From the NCBI RefSeq assembly GCF_006345805.1, contig NC_043025.1, positions 16,306,001-16,370,000 on the forward strand: a stretch of DNA of 64,000 nt. The letters run 5' to 3'. The notes under the pieces are model-generated. The model was given only the letters and a program-made list of their open reading frames with translations. It did no database searches and was not told the origin of the DNA. Source of the stretch: Octopus sinensis. Its lineage: Eukaryota. A program made the translations under genes and the position numbers. This document shows positions 1 to 13,249 of the stretch, in pieces. Every line of letters begins with the position of its first letter. Positions within the stretch are counted from its first letter, which is position 1.

Positions 1-1115
1 CGCTCGGCAATGGGCCGAGAGGAAACTGTCCCTAAAAGGTCGGGCGGAGGTGGCGAACACGTACATCGCGTCCGTCATCTACTACCGCCTGACCGTCGTA
101 CCTTGTCCCGACCCTACCATCACCAAACTAGAAACGATTTTCTTTCGCTTCTTGTGGAAAGGATGCGTCCCGATGGTCAGGCGATCCATTTGCTGTCAAA
201 CCCGTTAAAAGGAGGGCTGGGCATGCCGTGGTTGTTGATATGCAGACACGCGCTGAGACTGCGACATCTCCGGCCCTATGTAGACGACGGTGAACAGGTG
301 TGGTCGCCGTTTGTGAGGCACGCTTTCCCGCAGCTCGTCTCCATGACAGAACTGCAGTCGTGGATCAAAAAGACGCCGGGGAAGGGCGATTGGCACCGCG
401 AGTGTCGCGTTGCCCTCAAGCAACTATGCCGTCCCGAGTGGACCTTGAGTGACTTCAACACAACCCAAGCATTCTATAGGGGATTAGTGGAGGGGAGGTA
501 CGACGATGATCTTGGGGCGAACCTGCGCGTCGACGAGGAATACCTGACCCGCCTGTTTGAGACGACTTTCGGGCCGGGACCTATGAACAACTTCTAGAGA
601 TCCCTGGCTTGGCAGTGCTACCGAGAAGCGCTACCCGTTCGGGATAAACTCTACAGACACGGCTCGAGAAACACGGGGCCGACCTGCCCGAGATGCGGTC
701 AGAGCGACGAAACCGTTCTGCACGCAATCGTGCGGTGTCCAACAATTTCCGACCTGTGGGCTTAATGTCGAACGACTGCTGTCACGTGTGGGACGTGTCG
801 GTTTATCAGCCGAGTCTATCGTCAATATCGTCACGCCTCCTTCCTTCAAACGGGAAGGAAGAGCTATTTTCATAATCCTTGTGGCTATGGCGAAAGAATG
901 TATCTGGTAGACGCGTCTGAAAGGATTGGAGACAAACACTTTCCTCTCTGGTCAATCTCTCATCAACTTCTTCAAGTATCACTTGAAAAGGAAAGTGAGA
1001 GTAGAGAGGCAAGTTTTGTCTAGCGAATGTTTTAAAAAAAGATGGGTGAATGTAGCAAGGATGGCACGTATGAATGACGAAGCCATCTTGACTATGATCT
1101 ATGAACCGTAAAAAT
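1..1115 (+). mobile_element. Tx1/L1-clade LINE ORF2 3' fragment (zf-RVT/CCHC region), degenerate
   Basis: ORF 10-597 continues through TAG 595-597 as SLAWQCYREALPVRDKLYRHG..PTCPRCGQSDETVLHAIVRC..ISDLW, the C-terminal C-x2-C...H-x4-C motif of L1/Tx1 ORF2. It has several stops and is GC-richer than the rest of the window. Confidence 0.8.
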
Positions 1116-1215
1116 NNNNNNNNNNNNNNNNNNNNNNNNNNNNNNNNNNNNNNNNNNNNNNNNNNNNNNNNNNNNNNNNNNNNNNNNNNNNNNNNNNNNN
1201 NNNNNNNNNNNNNNN
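1116..1215. other. Assembly gap (100 N)
   Basis: Run of exactly 100 N. Confidence 1.
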
Positions 1216-1551
1216 TGTCTGTCTATATGTCAGTTTATCTTTCTCTCTCTCTCTCTCTCTCTCTTTGTTCATCTACCTGTCTGTTCGTCTGTATATCCAC
1301 CTACATATACGTATATACGTATATGATAAAGACTCATACATCCACATATATCCACATTCTAAAAATGTAACCACATGTAAATCATTGGCGATTTTCTTCC
1401 TCCGTCTTCTTTCCTCTATTTCTGAAGAAGCGCGTCTGCTCGAAATGTTAAACCTTCTTTCTTTCCTTCCCTGGGCGTCTGCCAATACTTTATATGTACC
1501 ACGTCCTTGCATTGTTGTATATGTATGTATATGTATATGTATATGTATATA

Positions 1552-1628
<77 letters not shown>

Positions 1629-1764
1629 TATATATATAAGTTCAACAAAATAGATTCAAATGAACATGGTACTTAAGTTAGATGCATCAGAATTCTGTAT
1701 GGTGTTATCCATATAAATACATGGGATGATTATAATCAAAATAAGCAACAAGAATAACTTCGGT

Positions 1765-1857
1765 AATTTGGTACGATCGTTTCGCACTACATCATTTTAT
1801 TAAATGTTGTAAGTATTACAACAGTTTTAAAATGCCGAGCACTCATCAGCCATTAAT
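1765..1857 (-). ncRNA. Minimal type I hammerhead ribozyme motif (long stem II) in a Penelope-like terminal repeat
   Basis: Minus strand: TGG-CTGATGA-GTGCT...AGTGC-GAAAC-GATC-GTA-CCA, with palindromic CGATCG as stem/loop III. Same family as 30422-30511 and 47533-47730. Confidence 0.7.
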
Positions 1858-2524
1858 AGAGATTTTCCATTAATACATAATTTTCATATCAAGCGATAAC
1901 ATTATAGAGAAGGTAGATATATAGACAAAGATGTGGATTTAAATTTTAAGAACATTTGAGGTAGTGGAGTTTATCAACTGACTGACTAAAATTCATTGGT
2001 CCGAACTACTGTTAGGTTCTGAGAGGGATGGACAAGTGAAAGGAGATAGCAAAGATTTTCTATTTATAGAAATAGGGGTGAAAGAGATGTCAAAGTTCCA
2101 TATAAAGAAATTTATGTGGATAGAAAAGGATTGTCACATTACAATGCCAATTACTACTATTTGGTTAACAGATTTGGCATTAGGAAAACTAGGTCAATGT
2201 CAAATGGTTATAATCACACTCAGAGAGAATGCAAAGATTTTATAAAACTAAAGAGAAATTATAGATCTAAAATTTATTCAATTTAGAGAAGAGTCTATCA
2301 CTTATCATGAGTAGGTATAATACTTATTAAATGGGGGAAAAATCTTATTAATCAAGTGAATATATTAGGGGTTCAAAATATATACTAGGGAAAATACGTT
2401 GTCGAGCGGTTAATGTTTACATCTCGTTCGGAGATTTATTAATGCTTTCAGACACTTTTTCCAAATCAGTGACAGTGGTTGCTGGGAAAAACATTAAATA
2501 GATATTCGAAAACCGGTGATTACC

Positions 2525-2568
2525 GTACGTTGACGAGAGGCAAAAACCTCGAAACTATAGTCCGTATG
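2525..2568 (+). ncRNA. Minimal hammerhead motif with mutated core (C3>T)
   Basis: GTACG-TTGACGA-GAGG-caaaaa-CCTC-GAAAC-TATA-GTC-CGTAT. Stems I and II pair, loop III is palindromic, GUC site. Confidence 0.65.
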
Positions 2569-3597
2569 TATCACTTAGGTTTTCGAGAGGGGATGACCTC
2601 CCTTTGCAAATATCAACTATAAGTTAATTGCGTACTGGGGATCGATCTAATCGACTGGCCCACTCCCCCAAAATTTCGGGCCTTGTGCCTAGTGCAAAAA
2701 AGATTCTTACCTAAGTACAATGCAATGTTTTTCTGATATACACAGAATGCAATATTACCTTTTTCAAGTACATTATAAAATTTCTCTCATCTACATTGTA
2801 TACAATACTTTCTTACCAATGTACAATGTAATATTTCTTTCACTTTCTTTACTACACAATATAAAATATTTCTCTCTCACATATGTACTATGCAGTACTT
2901 TCCTTACTTCTATACAATTTAATGTTTCCCTTGCAGACATATGTCTGAAAGTGCATAACCTAGTAGTTAAGGTTGGGGTTAGGATTATCGTGAAGTTGAG
3001 TTCGATTCCATGACTGAGTGGCTCGTTTTATATTTGATTAGGGTACTTGTTTTCACAACGAAGCAGTCAAGCAGTCGCTAGGCTGTCTTTTCCAGGTAGG
3101 GGCAATCTTGTTTACTTAATGTCACACAAACTGGGATAGGCTATGACCTTATGAGTCTGTAAGTTCAGACAGACGTTTACGGAGAAAGCAATATTTTTCT
3201 TAACTATGCTTCGAACCTACAAATCTTTTAGACTGAAGGTTATTCGAATTAGAATAACATGAAAGCAACTAAGCGATAGACACAAGTCGACCATAGAGTC
3301 AACCCTGAAGATGTTGCTGATACTCACATTCATTTGAATGAATTGAAACGATAAGAAATAGATTGCCTTGCTCAAGGGTAGTATGCACTAAAACTCAAAC
3401 CCACGATCACAAATCTATACCAAAACCACTATGCCATGCATTTTATCACGTTGTTTGTAATATTTTTTTCAGATAAAAAGAATGCAATATTTTTCCGATT
3501 AACATAGTATGGAATATTTTTCTGGCGTACGTACTTAATATTAATAATTTTCTGACTTACATGATACATAATATCTTTTGCGCATGTCTTTCGACAG

Positions 3598-4083
3598 GTG
3601 TCTCTGGCAACGGTTATCAACCTTTCTCATCTTACTGTCCAGATGGCTACGTGAAAGTAAGGAACTGTACATTTCTTGGAAGATTTATTGTGAATCTATG
3701 TTATAAGCTACCACCAACAACAACATCGAAACCTTTACCGTCGACTCAGCCAAGCACTCTACAAAGCACTCTTCAATCTATTCTAGCAACCACCACGCCA
3801 ACAACAGAACCTACAACCACAGTAACAACCACCCAACCTACAACCACAGTAACAACCACCCAACCTACTACCACCCAACCTACAACTACAGTAACAACCA
3901 CCCAACCTACAACCACCCAACCTACAACTACAGTAACAACCACCCAACCTACAACCACCCAACCTACAACTACAGTAACAACCACCCAACCTACTACCAC
4001 AATCCCAACAACTCAGCCTACCACCACAGTAGCAACCACCCAAACTACAACCACAGCCCCGACGACACCTCCTCAGCCAAGAG
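3598..4083 (+). CDS. Serine-protease homologue, first visible exon: small Cys module plus Thr/Pro-rich mucin stalk
   Basis: cgacAG| acceptor, |GTAAAT donor, 486 nt, phase 1-1. Encodes GVSGNGYQPFSSYCPDGYVKVRNCTFLGRFIVNLCYK then PTTTVTTTQPTTTQ repeats. Splices in frame to 17170. Confidence 0.8.
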
Positions 4084-4225
4084 GTAAATATCCCAAACTT
4101 CTCCTGCTTTTGTTACTTTTATTCTAATGAACAAACATCGAATGTAAATGCTTTCCTTTGTCTCTTCGCGTCTCATTCATTTCGTTCACGCCTTTCTCAT
4201 TTCCATGAACGAACATAAACACACA

Positions 4226-4270
<45 letters not shown>

Positions 4271-4754
4271 ATAAACACACAAAACACACACACACACACA
4301 TACACACACACACACACACACAAACACACATAAACACACATAAACACACACACACACAACACACACAAACACACAAACACACATAAACACACACACACAG
4401 CTGTATTTATGTTTTTAACGTTGTTAACACCATCAGACTGAATGGCACATCCCAGTGTCGAAACAACAGAGATATCCGTTTGGCATCTGATGATGGGAAT
4501 ACATATTTGTTGTGTTTGTTTAATGAGTTTCTTATGTCTTAGTCTCATTATTCTGAGTTGTCCTTCATTCTAGTGAAGTGGGAAGTGTTTGTGGATTCAT
4601 AGTTTACAGGGATCGCTTTCTTTGGCATTGTTTGGTTTATTTTATAGATAATTTTATTAGATAATGTTTAGATGTTGGCGTCTACTTTTAGGAGATTCTG
4701 TGGCACATATTGTAGAGTCGTAAAGTTTGCATGAAGCATTGATATATATATATA

Positions 4755-5250
4755 TTGTTATATATCGGAATGGTCATTTTGCCAGTTTAGCCAATAAAAA
4801 CACACGCACTATATATTTGTGTTACTTTACTTCAGTGTTATTTATTTTTTACATTAATCTTAATCTTATTTCGGCCAAAAACAAAATACAAAATACAAAA
4901 TACAAATTACATGAACATATATAAACAGAAGATACAAATATTACAGGCATCCCCCCCACATACACACACTAAATAAACATAAACGCACATAGAGATATAA
5001 GCATGCGCAAATGAAGACATACAATAGAAATACAAAATAGCTGACGGTTAGTAAGGAGAGATACAAATAAGTGAGAAGAAAACAAAGGACCACTGATGCG
5101 GTCACAGGAGTGTGACGAAAGAACTCTGGCCGAAATAAGATTAAGATTAATGTAAAAAATAAATAACACTGAAGCAAAGTAACACCAAATATATAGTGCG
5201 TGTGTTTTTATTGGCTAAACTGGCAAAATGACCATTCCGAAATATAACAA
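4755..5250. mobile_element. MITE-like element with ~120-bp terminal inverted repeats
   Basis: 4755-4877 is the near-perfect reverse complement of 5126-5250; non-coding interior. Confidence 0.75.
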
Positions 5251-5311
5251 TATCTGTTTCAACACACGACTTCACATAAAAAATCTTGCACAACAAATAT
5301 TTAAACGTATA

Positions 5312-5345
<34 letters not shown>

Positions 5346-5346
<1 letters not shown>

Positions 5347-6275
5347 TCCATTTTCGAACTTAACATCTCAAATGTAAGATCTCTTCCCTGAAGACGGACC
5401 TCATCTCATCATATGATGGAATCAATCTTCTACAAACATTATTACGGACCATCGAGACCCCAGAAACAGGTGTTCGATTTGTAAATATTTTCTTCCACCC
5501 CTTTAATTCTCTATATCATTTACATTCTGTGTAAGTGACCTTTTTATATGTATACATATATACATACTCTCTTCTTTACTCTTTTACTTGTTTCAGTCAT
5601 TGACTGCGGCCATGCTGGAGCACCGCCTTTAGTCGAGCAAATCGACCCGGGACTTATTCTTTGTAAGCCAGTATTTATTCTATCGGCCCTCTTTGCCGAA
5701 CCGCTATGTGACGGGGACGTAAACACACCAGCATCGGTTGTCAAGCAATGCTAGGGGGGACACACAGACACACAAACACAAACACATATATATATACATA
5801 TATATATATATATTCCATTTTCGAACTTAACATCTCAAATGTAAGATCTCTTCCTGAAGACGGACCTCATCTCATCATATGATGGAATCAATCTTCTACA
5901 AACATTATTACGGACCATCGAGACCCCAGAAACAGGTGTTCGATTTGTAATATTTTTCTTCCACCCCTTTAATTCTCTATATCATTTACATTCTGTGTAA
6001 GTCGGACCTTTTTATATGTATACATATATACATACTCTCTTTCTTTACTCTTTTACTTGTTTCAGTCATTTGACTGCGGCCATGCTGGAGCACCGCCTTT
6101 AGTCGAGCAAATCGACCCCGGGACTTATTCTTTGTAAGCCCAGTATTTATTCTATCGGCCTCTTTTGCCGAACCGCTATGTGACGGGGACGTAAACACAC
6201 CAGCATCGGTTGTCAAGCAATGCTAGGGGGACAAACACAGACACACAAACACACACACATATATATATATATATA
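5346..6275. repeat. Tandem duplication, ~467-bp unit (degenerate hammerhead-like core plus SINE 3' half)
   Basis: TTCCATTTTCGAACTTAACATCTC... starts at 5346 and ~5813; the copies differ mostly by 1-nt indels. Confidence 0.85.
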
Positions 6276-6433
6276 CGACAGGCTTCTTTCAGTTTCCGTC
6301 TACCAAATCCACTCACAAGGCATTGGTCGGCCCGGGGCTCTAGCAGAAGACACTTGCCCAAGGTGCCATGCAGTGGGACTGAACCCGGAACCATGTGGTT
6401 GGTTAGCAAGCTACTTACCACACAGCCACTCCT
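6045..6433 (-). mobile_element. tRNA-derived SINE, family A (Octopus OK/OR-like)
   Basis: Minus-strand head GGAGTGGCTGTGTGGTAAG (A box)...GGTTCAGTCCC (B box)...TTGGGCAAGTGTCTT; many copies in the window. Confidence 0.8.
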
Positions 6434-8092
6434 GTTTTTTTTTTGTATTTTATGAATTTAATATCCTTTATCTGTTGATCTGTCTAACTTGCTTAATCCC
6501 TACATTTTCTTCTAAACCCGCTCAAGTTTAAATCTCTGAGCAACTTATGAAAAAATATAATTTCAGGTCAAGGATTTTTACTTTCCCAATATTTCACGGT
6601 GAGGAATTTTTCCTCAGGAAATCTTCGGAAGAATCGTGTTGTGTTCGCCGGCGTCGCTGTTCACAACACCATTTTCCCGAAAATGTTTTCAAGAATCGCT
6701 TTTAAGACTGAAGTATTGAAATACAAAGTAATAGACCTATGTGACATTTTTTTAACCTGCATCGTTTTGGTCTATAGAATAATTTCTATCTATCAATCAA
6801 TCTATCTATCTGTCTGTTTGTCTGTTGGTCTATCTGTCTGTCTGTTGGTCTGCCTGTCTGTTTGTCAAACACCCAGCTATCTATATGTGTGTCTCTCATT
6901 CTATGTATCTATGTATCTATCTGTACGTTTGTCTGTCTGTGTGTCAATCTGTCTATCATGTATGTATGTATGTGTATATTACGTACGTATGTATGCATAT
7001 ATACACGTGTGCATATATGTATGTATGTGCGTGTTTGTATATATGTATGCATGCATGCATATATGTATGTATGAATGTATGTATGTATGTGTGTATGTAT
7101 GTATGCATGTATGTATGTATATATGTATGTATGAATGCATGCATGTATGTATGTATGTATGTGTGTGTGTATGTATGTATGTATTTGTGTGTGTGTATGT
7201 ATGTATGTATGTATGTATGTGTGTGTGTATGTATGTATGTATGTATGTATGTATGTATGTATGTGTGTATGTATGCATGTGTGTGTAGGTATGTATGTAT
7301 GTATGTATGTGTGTATGTATGTGTGTTTGTCTAGTGGATCACAGTTCTCTGAATGAGCAAATTGAATAATGAACGAGTTTCCTGAAGAAATTTAAACTCG
7401 TATAGCGAGTTGAAACGAGCAGACATCAACATCATCATCATCATCATCATTTAAAATCCGCTTCTTATTCTGGTTCGGGTTGGACAGTGTGACCGGTGCT
7501 GGCCAGCAGGAAAGCTGCCCACGTTCCAATTGTCTATTTTCGCAAGGTTTCTACGGCTGTCGACAGCACACAGAGTGCACTCGGTGACACGGGCGCAGCT
7601 GCCTTTCACGTGACTCCATCACGTGTAGTTATACACGGCAGCAGCACAAATGCTTGATATGTGGCACTAGTACCGGAAAGCCCTCAAACGAAGGACCCCC
7701 TTGGTTGAGAGAGAGAGAGAGGGTTGTAAGGGAATGCTACAGTTTTACTTAGCTTGTCGTGTCTTCTCAAGCACTGCAAACCATCGGGAGTCTCAGTAAC
7801 TTGTCATCTCCTCTCTGAGGCCCAGGATCCTATTTGCCTAGGAGGCAACAAACCACAGCTTCAGTATGAACACATATAAATGTCAGGAGAACATATACGA
7901 ATGGTACATTGAATGGAGAATGTTTTGAAGAATATATTCAGCGAACAATCTGAAATTTGAAAAACAAACTACAAGGAGCTGATGCATGTGCGTATGCGGG
8001 TGGGAGAATGTGACTCAACGGTTCATTTAAGGCCCTTTACGCATTTCGTGTTGCTTGCAATTTTAATATGGAAAAAATAATAATATTACTAT

Positions 8093-8141
<49 letters not shown>

Positions 8142-8182
8142 CATACATATATATAGACATACATACATACATACAAATATAT

Positions 8183-8249
<67 letters not shown>

Positions 8250-8256
8250 TATATAG

Positions 8257-8590
8257 TAGCATGGCTCAGTGGTTAGAGCGTCGAGCTTACGATTGTGAGG
8301 TTGTGAGCTCGTATTCCGGACCGAGCTGCATGTTGTGTTCTTGAGCAAGGCACTTTATTTCACGTTGCTCAAGTTCACTCAGCTGTAGAAATGAGTTGCG
8401 ACGTCACAGGTGCCAAGCTGTATCGACCTTTGTCTTTCCCTTGGATAACACTGGTGGCGTGGAGAGGGGAGGCCGGTATGCATGGGCGACTGCTGGCCTT
8501 CCATAAACAACCTTGCCCGGACTTGTCTAGGAGGGTAACTTTCTAGGTGCAATCCCATGGTCATTCATGACTGAAGGGGGTCTTCACCCT
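8257..8590 (+). mobile_element. tRNA-derived SINE, family B (CORE-like central domain)
   Basis: TGGCTCAGTGGTTAGAGC A box followed by TTGTGTTCTTGAGCAAGGCACTTTATTTCAC; relatives at 42560, 44713, 58500. Confidence 0.75.
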
Positions 8591-8769
8591 TTAGTAATAA
8601 GCGCAGCACTCTAGAAGATTGAGAGATATAATAAGGGAGAGTACCCAAAAGTGGAAAAGCGCGGAAAGATATACTTCTAGAAGGAGGGAAAAGCACATAA
8701 GGTGAGACCTTGAAATAAAGTATACGAAACAGACGAAAGATGGAAGGGATGCTGGGAGCTGAGCGCGGA

Positions 8770-9090
8770 TTTGGTCAGACATCATCAAGAGGAACTACGT
8801 CCGGTTCCGGCCCTCTCTTCTACCATTTTCGACATAGCAGGGCACCCTGCTTTCGAAGGTGTCTTCAGCTCTGGTGTTGAGTGCGTTTTTTCTTTCTCCT
8901 TTCTTTCTCTGGCCTTTTGTTCTTTGGTTTCTTCGATACAGTATCAACGAACGTCAGCTGGCGAATGGCCATCTTGCCGAGTTTCCCTTTAGATACTCGC
9001 TGGTGGGCTCCAGCAGCCAGCACCAGCTGTCACGTGACACTAACTTCAACTGACCAATGGAAGGGAAGGACGCGTAGTTTTAGCCCGTGC
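8770..9090 (-). repeat. Unclassified dispersed repeat (promoter-like/pLTR-like), copy 1
   Basis: Shares CGGGCTAAAACTACGCG, GTCACGTGACA and CCAGAGCTGAAGACACC with 23050-23430; the first two motifs are also in 34915-35215. Confidence 0.7.
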
Positions 9091-9302
9091 CCTCCCTAAA
9101 CCTACCTTCCAACATGGTCGTGTTTGTTTCAGTTCCAGCAGCCAGAGCCAACCAGCTGTTTGGTAGTACAAGCCCTGGAACCAGGAGGAGGGCCCGCAGT
9201 GAACGAGATCGCTCCCTTGGCCTACCTGTCAAGCAGCGATGCTGCTTAAGTGTTAGCCAGCCTCACCTTGCGACCCTATTTCCCACTTGGTATATTATAT
9301 AA

Positions 9303-9900
9303 GGCGGCGAGCTGGCAGAAACGTTAGCACGCCGGGCGAAATGCTTAGCGGTATTTCGTCTGCCGCTACGTTCTGAGTTCAAATTCCGCCGAGGTCGACT
9401 TTGCCTTTCATCCGTTCGGGATCGATTAAATAAGTACCAGTTACGCACTGAGGTCAATATATTCGACTTAATCCGTTTGTTTGTCCTTGTTTGTCCTCTA
9501 TGTGTTTGGCACCTTGTGGGTAGTAAAGAAATTGGCATTTCGGTTGCCGCTACGTTCTGGGTTCAAATTCCACCGAGGTCGACTTTGCCTTTCATCCGTT
9601 CGGGGTCGATTAAATAAGTACCAGTTACGCACTGGGGTCGCTATAACCGACTTAATCCGTTTGTCTGTCCTTGTTTGTCTCCTCTGTGTTTAGCCCCTTG
9701 TGGGTAATAAAGAAAATAGGTATTCGTCTGCCGTTACGTCCTGAGTCAATTCCGCCGAGGTCGACTTTGCCTTCATCCGTTCGGGGTCGATTAAATAAGT
9801 ACCAGTTACGCACTGGGGTCGATATAACCGACTTAATCCGTTTGTCTGTCCTTGTTTGTCTCCTCTGTGTTTAGCCCCTTGTGGGTAGTAAAGAAATAGG
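9303..9900 (+). mobile_element. tRNA-derived SINE, family C: one head and three tandem bodies (~185-bp period)
   Basis: GGCGGCGAGCTGGCAGAA head; GAGGTCGACTTTGCCTT(T)CATCCGTTCGGG occurs at ~9391, ~9575 and ~9757. Confidence 0.85.
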
Positions 9901-10204
9901 TATATTATGGCTTTCAAGACATTTTGGGTCTTCTCGTTTCAGCCATATATAGAAGCTGGCTTCTATATATGTCTGCCTCCTCTGTCCTCCTTATTACTTT
10001 TCTCAGCTCTGAGCTCGAAAATGCAAACCTTTTAAATAATGTCGCCGTTTTTCTTTCAATGAAGCCTCTATTAATTCATGGCTTTATATGGGGTTTGGGT
10101 GTGGCCTGGAATGGATTCCCCCCTACCCCAACCCCTATTTATATGTATTTCAATGACTCACATGTAATGAACAATTGGGCTAATGAATATATATATATAT
10201 ATAT

Positions 10205-10487
10205 CTCGTTCCGGCGACCGGATAAATCCAACCAAACTACCCTAGCCGCCCACATCTGGTACCTTAAAAGGAACTCCATCCCCTTCAAGACCAAGTGGAA
10301 ACTACTACAGAAGGCGCGTTCGGACACAGGAGGCCATACCTGCTGTGACCTTTGCATTTCGGAGAGCCTAGAGATCTTGTTCGCCAAAGGCCCTCTCCTC
10401 AACAAGATCTCAGAACACTCCCCAAATTGCATGCATAAGACTTATGCAAACTACAAGAACTATAGACCTACCCGGCAACCAGATTGA
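10205..10487 (+). mobile_element. Penelope-like element GIY-YIG C-terminal fragment
   Basis: TTLAAHIWYLKRNSIPFKTKWKLL...CDLCISESLEIL..LLNK..E...CMH; starts directly after (TA)n. Confidence 0.75.
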
Positions 10488-11391
10488 CGACCACCCCCCA
10501 CAAACCACCCAATCCTTAGCACCCTAGCACCCCCGATACCTTTTTCCTAAGACCTTTCACATATGTATGTGTACGCTTGTATATGGTATCGTATATATGT
10601 ATAGAAATGTATGGGTATAGTAGGAAAACGTATGTATTATGTGTGTGTGTGTATGTATGTATATATAGTATGGTGTGTGTGTGTGTGTATGTGTGTGTAT
10701 TATATGATATATATGTATATATATATATATAATATATGTGTATATATATGTGTGTGTGTGGTATGTGTGTTATATATATATAATTTATATATATATATAT
10801 ATATGTATATGTAGGTATGTAGAGTTATACGTAGGTGCAAGTATGTGTGTATATATGCATAGTGTAGATAGGTGTTATATATATATATTTATATATGTAT
10901 ATTATATATATGTATATATGTGGATATATATGTATATATATATATATATTATAATATATGTGTGGATATATATATATATATATATATATATGTGTATGTT
11001 TATATGAATGTTTCCGTCTGTATAAAGGGTAACTGCATGTATATATATTATTACTATTATTTATTATTTGAGTATGCGTTTGTATGCATGTATGTATTTA
11101 TGTATATAGGTGGCGCGTGAGTGTGTGTATGTGTATGCACTTGTATAGAAATATGTATACATTTATGCATGTATGTACTTATGTGCATATACGTGTATAT
11201 ATATGTGTGTATGTGTATGTGCGTGTGTGTATGAGTATGTATGTATGTATACACACATATGTATATATATATATGTATATGTGTGTATATGTATATATAT
11301 GTGTGTGTGTGTATGTGTGTATATGTATGTATATATATATATGTGTGTATGTGTATGTGTGTGTATATATATATATATGTGAATGTGTGTG

Positions 11392-11432
<41 letters not shown>

Positions 11433-11675
11433 AAGTGTGTGTATATATGTATGTGTAAATGTGTATATGTTTGCTTGTATGTATATGTATATTTGTGTAT
11501 GTGTGTGTATATGTATATATATATGTGATATGTATATATATATATATATATCAACAATCAAGGAACGGCCATAATAGGCCATTCACCCACTAGAAATAAC
11601 AGCCAAAGCTTCAACCGCAAATAAAAGTCAACTCCGTGTAAACCAGGAGAAAATTTAAAAAACATTTACCCTGTA

Positions 11676-11780
11676 ATTTCTTATACGATGCACCGTTTCA
11701 TCTGCTGTTTAATGGTAAACTAACCGATTAAATTAAATCAAGCCAATCTCCATAGGCCCTCAGATTCTTCAGTAAGAAAT
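11676..11780 (-). ncRNA. Type I hammerhead ribozyme, array copy 1
   Basis: ATTTCTTA-CTGAAGA-ATCTG..(~55 nt)..CAGAT-GAAA-CGG-TGCA-TC-GTA-TAAGAAAT. 8-bp stem I, 5-bp stem II, stem III with TGCA loop, GUA site at 11686-11684. Confidence 0.88.
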
Positions 11781-12160
11781 AGCCACAAGTCGGAACAGAT
11801 ATTTTCACGAGGCATTTCCGACCCTGCCAAGGTAATATCTGACCTAAAATTTTCAAATCATCGCACTCGCGCCAAATTTATCGGCAGCAAATAAATATAA
11901 GCCGTCGATTCCATTACGGAATAACCAGAAAATCATAATTAATCAATATAGGGTGGCAAAAAATTTTGTAGAATTTTTGCCACCAGCGGCCTAGTGGGAA
12001 AAAATTAAATAGTCATAGACCATTTTAAGTTCAACATCAACAATCAAGGAACGGCCATAATAGGCCATTCACCCACTAGAAATAACAGCCAAGCTTCAAC
12101 CGCAAATAAAAGTCACTCCGTAAACCAGGAGGAGAAAATTTAAAAAACATTTACCCTGTA

Positions 12161-12266
12161 ATTTCTTATACGATGCACGTTTCATCTGCTGTTTAATGGT
12201 AAACTAACCTGATTAAATTAAATCAAGCCAATCTTCCATAGGCCCTCAGATTCTTCAGTAAGAAAT
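12161..12266 (-). ncRNA. Type I hammerhead ribozyme, array copy 2 (1-nt deletion in stem III)
   Basis: As copy 1 but GAAACGTGCATCGTA. Confidence 0.8.
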
Positions 12267-12653
12267 AGCCACAAGTCGGAACAGATATTTTCACGAGGCA
12301 TTTCGACCCTGCAAGGTAATATCTGACCTAAAATTTTCAAATCATCGCACTCGCGCCAAATTTATCGGCAGCAAATAAATATAAGCCGTCGATTCCATTA
12401 CGGAATTAACCAGAAAATTCATAATTAATCAATATAGGGTGGCAAAAAAAATTTTGTAGAATTCTTTTGCCACCAGCGGCCTAGTGGGAAAAAAAAAAAT
12501 TAAATAGATAGACCATTTTTAAGTTCAACATCAACAATCAAGGAACGGCCATAATAGGCCATTCACCCACTAGAAATAACAGCCAAAGCTTCAACCGCAA
12601 ATAAAAGTCAACTCCGTAAACCAGGAGAAAATTTAAAAAACATTTACCCTGTA

Positions 12654-12760
12654 ATTTCTTATACGATGCACCGTTTCATCTGCTGTTTAATGGTAAACTA
12701 ACCTGATTAAATTAAATCAAGCCAATCTTCCATAGGCCCTCAGATTCTTCAGTAAGAAAT
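12654..12760 (-). ncRNA. Type I hammerhead ribozyme, array copy 3
   Basis: Core and stems identical to copy 1. Confidence 0.88.
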
Positions 12761-13144
12761 AGCCACAAGTCGGAACAGATATTTTCACGAGGCATTTCCG
12801 ACCCTGCCAAGGTAATATCTGACCTAAAATTTTCAAATCATCGCACTCGCGCCAAATTTATCGGCAGCAAATAAATATAAGCCGTCGATTCCATACGGAA
12901 TTAACCAGAAAATTCATAATTAATCAATATAGGGTGGCAAAAAAAATTTTGTAGAATTCTTTTGCCACCAGCGGCCTAGTGGGAAAAAATTAAATAGTCA
13001 TAGACCATTTTAAGTTCAACATCAACAATCAAGGAACGGCCATAATAGGCCATTCACCCACTAGAAATAACAGCCAAAGCTTCAACCGCAAATAAAAGTC
13101 AACTCCGTAAACCAGGAGAAAATTTAAAAAACATTTACCCTGTA

Positions 13145-13249
13145 ATTTCTTATACGATGCACCGTTTCATCTGCTGTTAATGGTAAACTAACCTGATTAA
13201 ATTAATCAAGCCAATCTTCCATAGGCCCTCAGATTCTTCAGTAAGAAAT
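13145..13249 (-). ncRNA. Type I hammerhead ribozyme, array copy 4
   Basis: Core and stems identical to copy 1. Confidence 0.88.

Noticed and set aside
3060-3095. Candidate signal-peptide exon ending at CAG|GTAGG
   Set aside because: No upstream in-frame ATG or hydrophobic stretch; the region resembles a decayed SINE.
8257-8330. tRNA gene (also other SINE heads)
   Set aside because: A/B boxes are present but there is no complete cloverleaf, and it runs into a SINE body.
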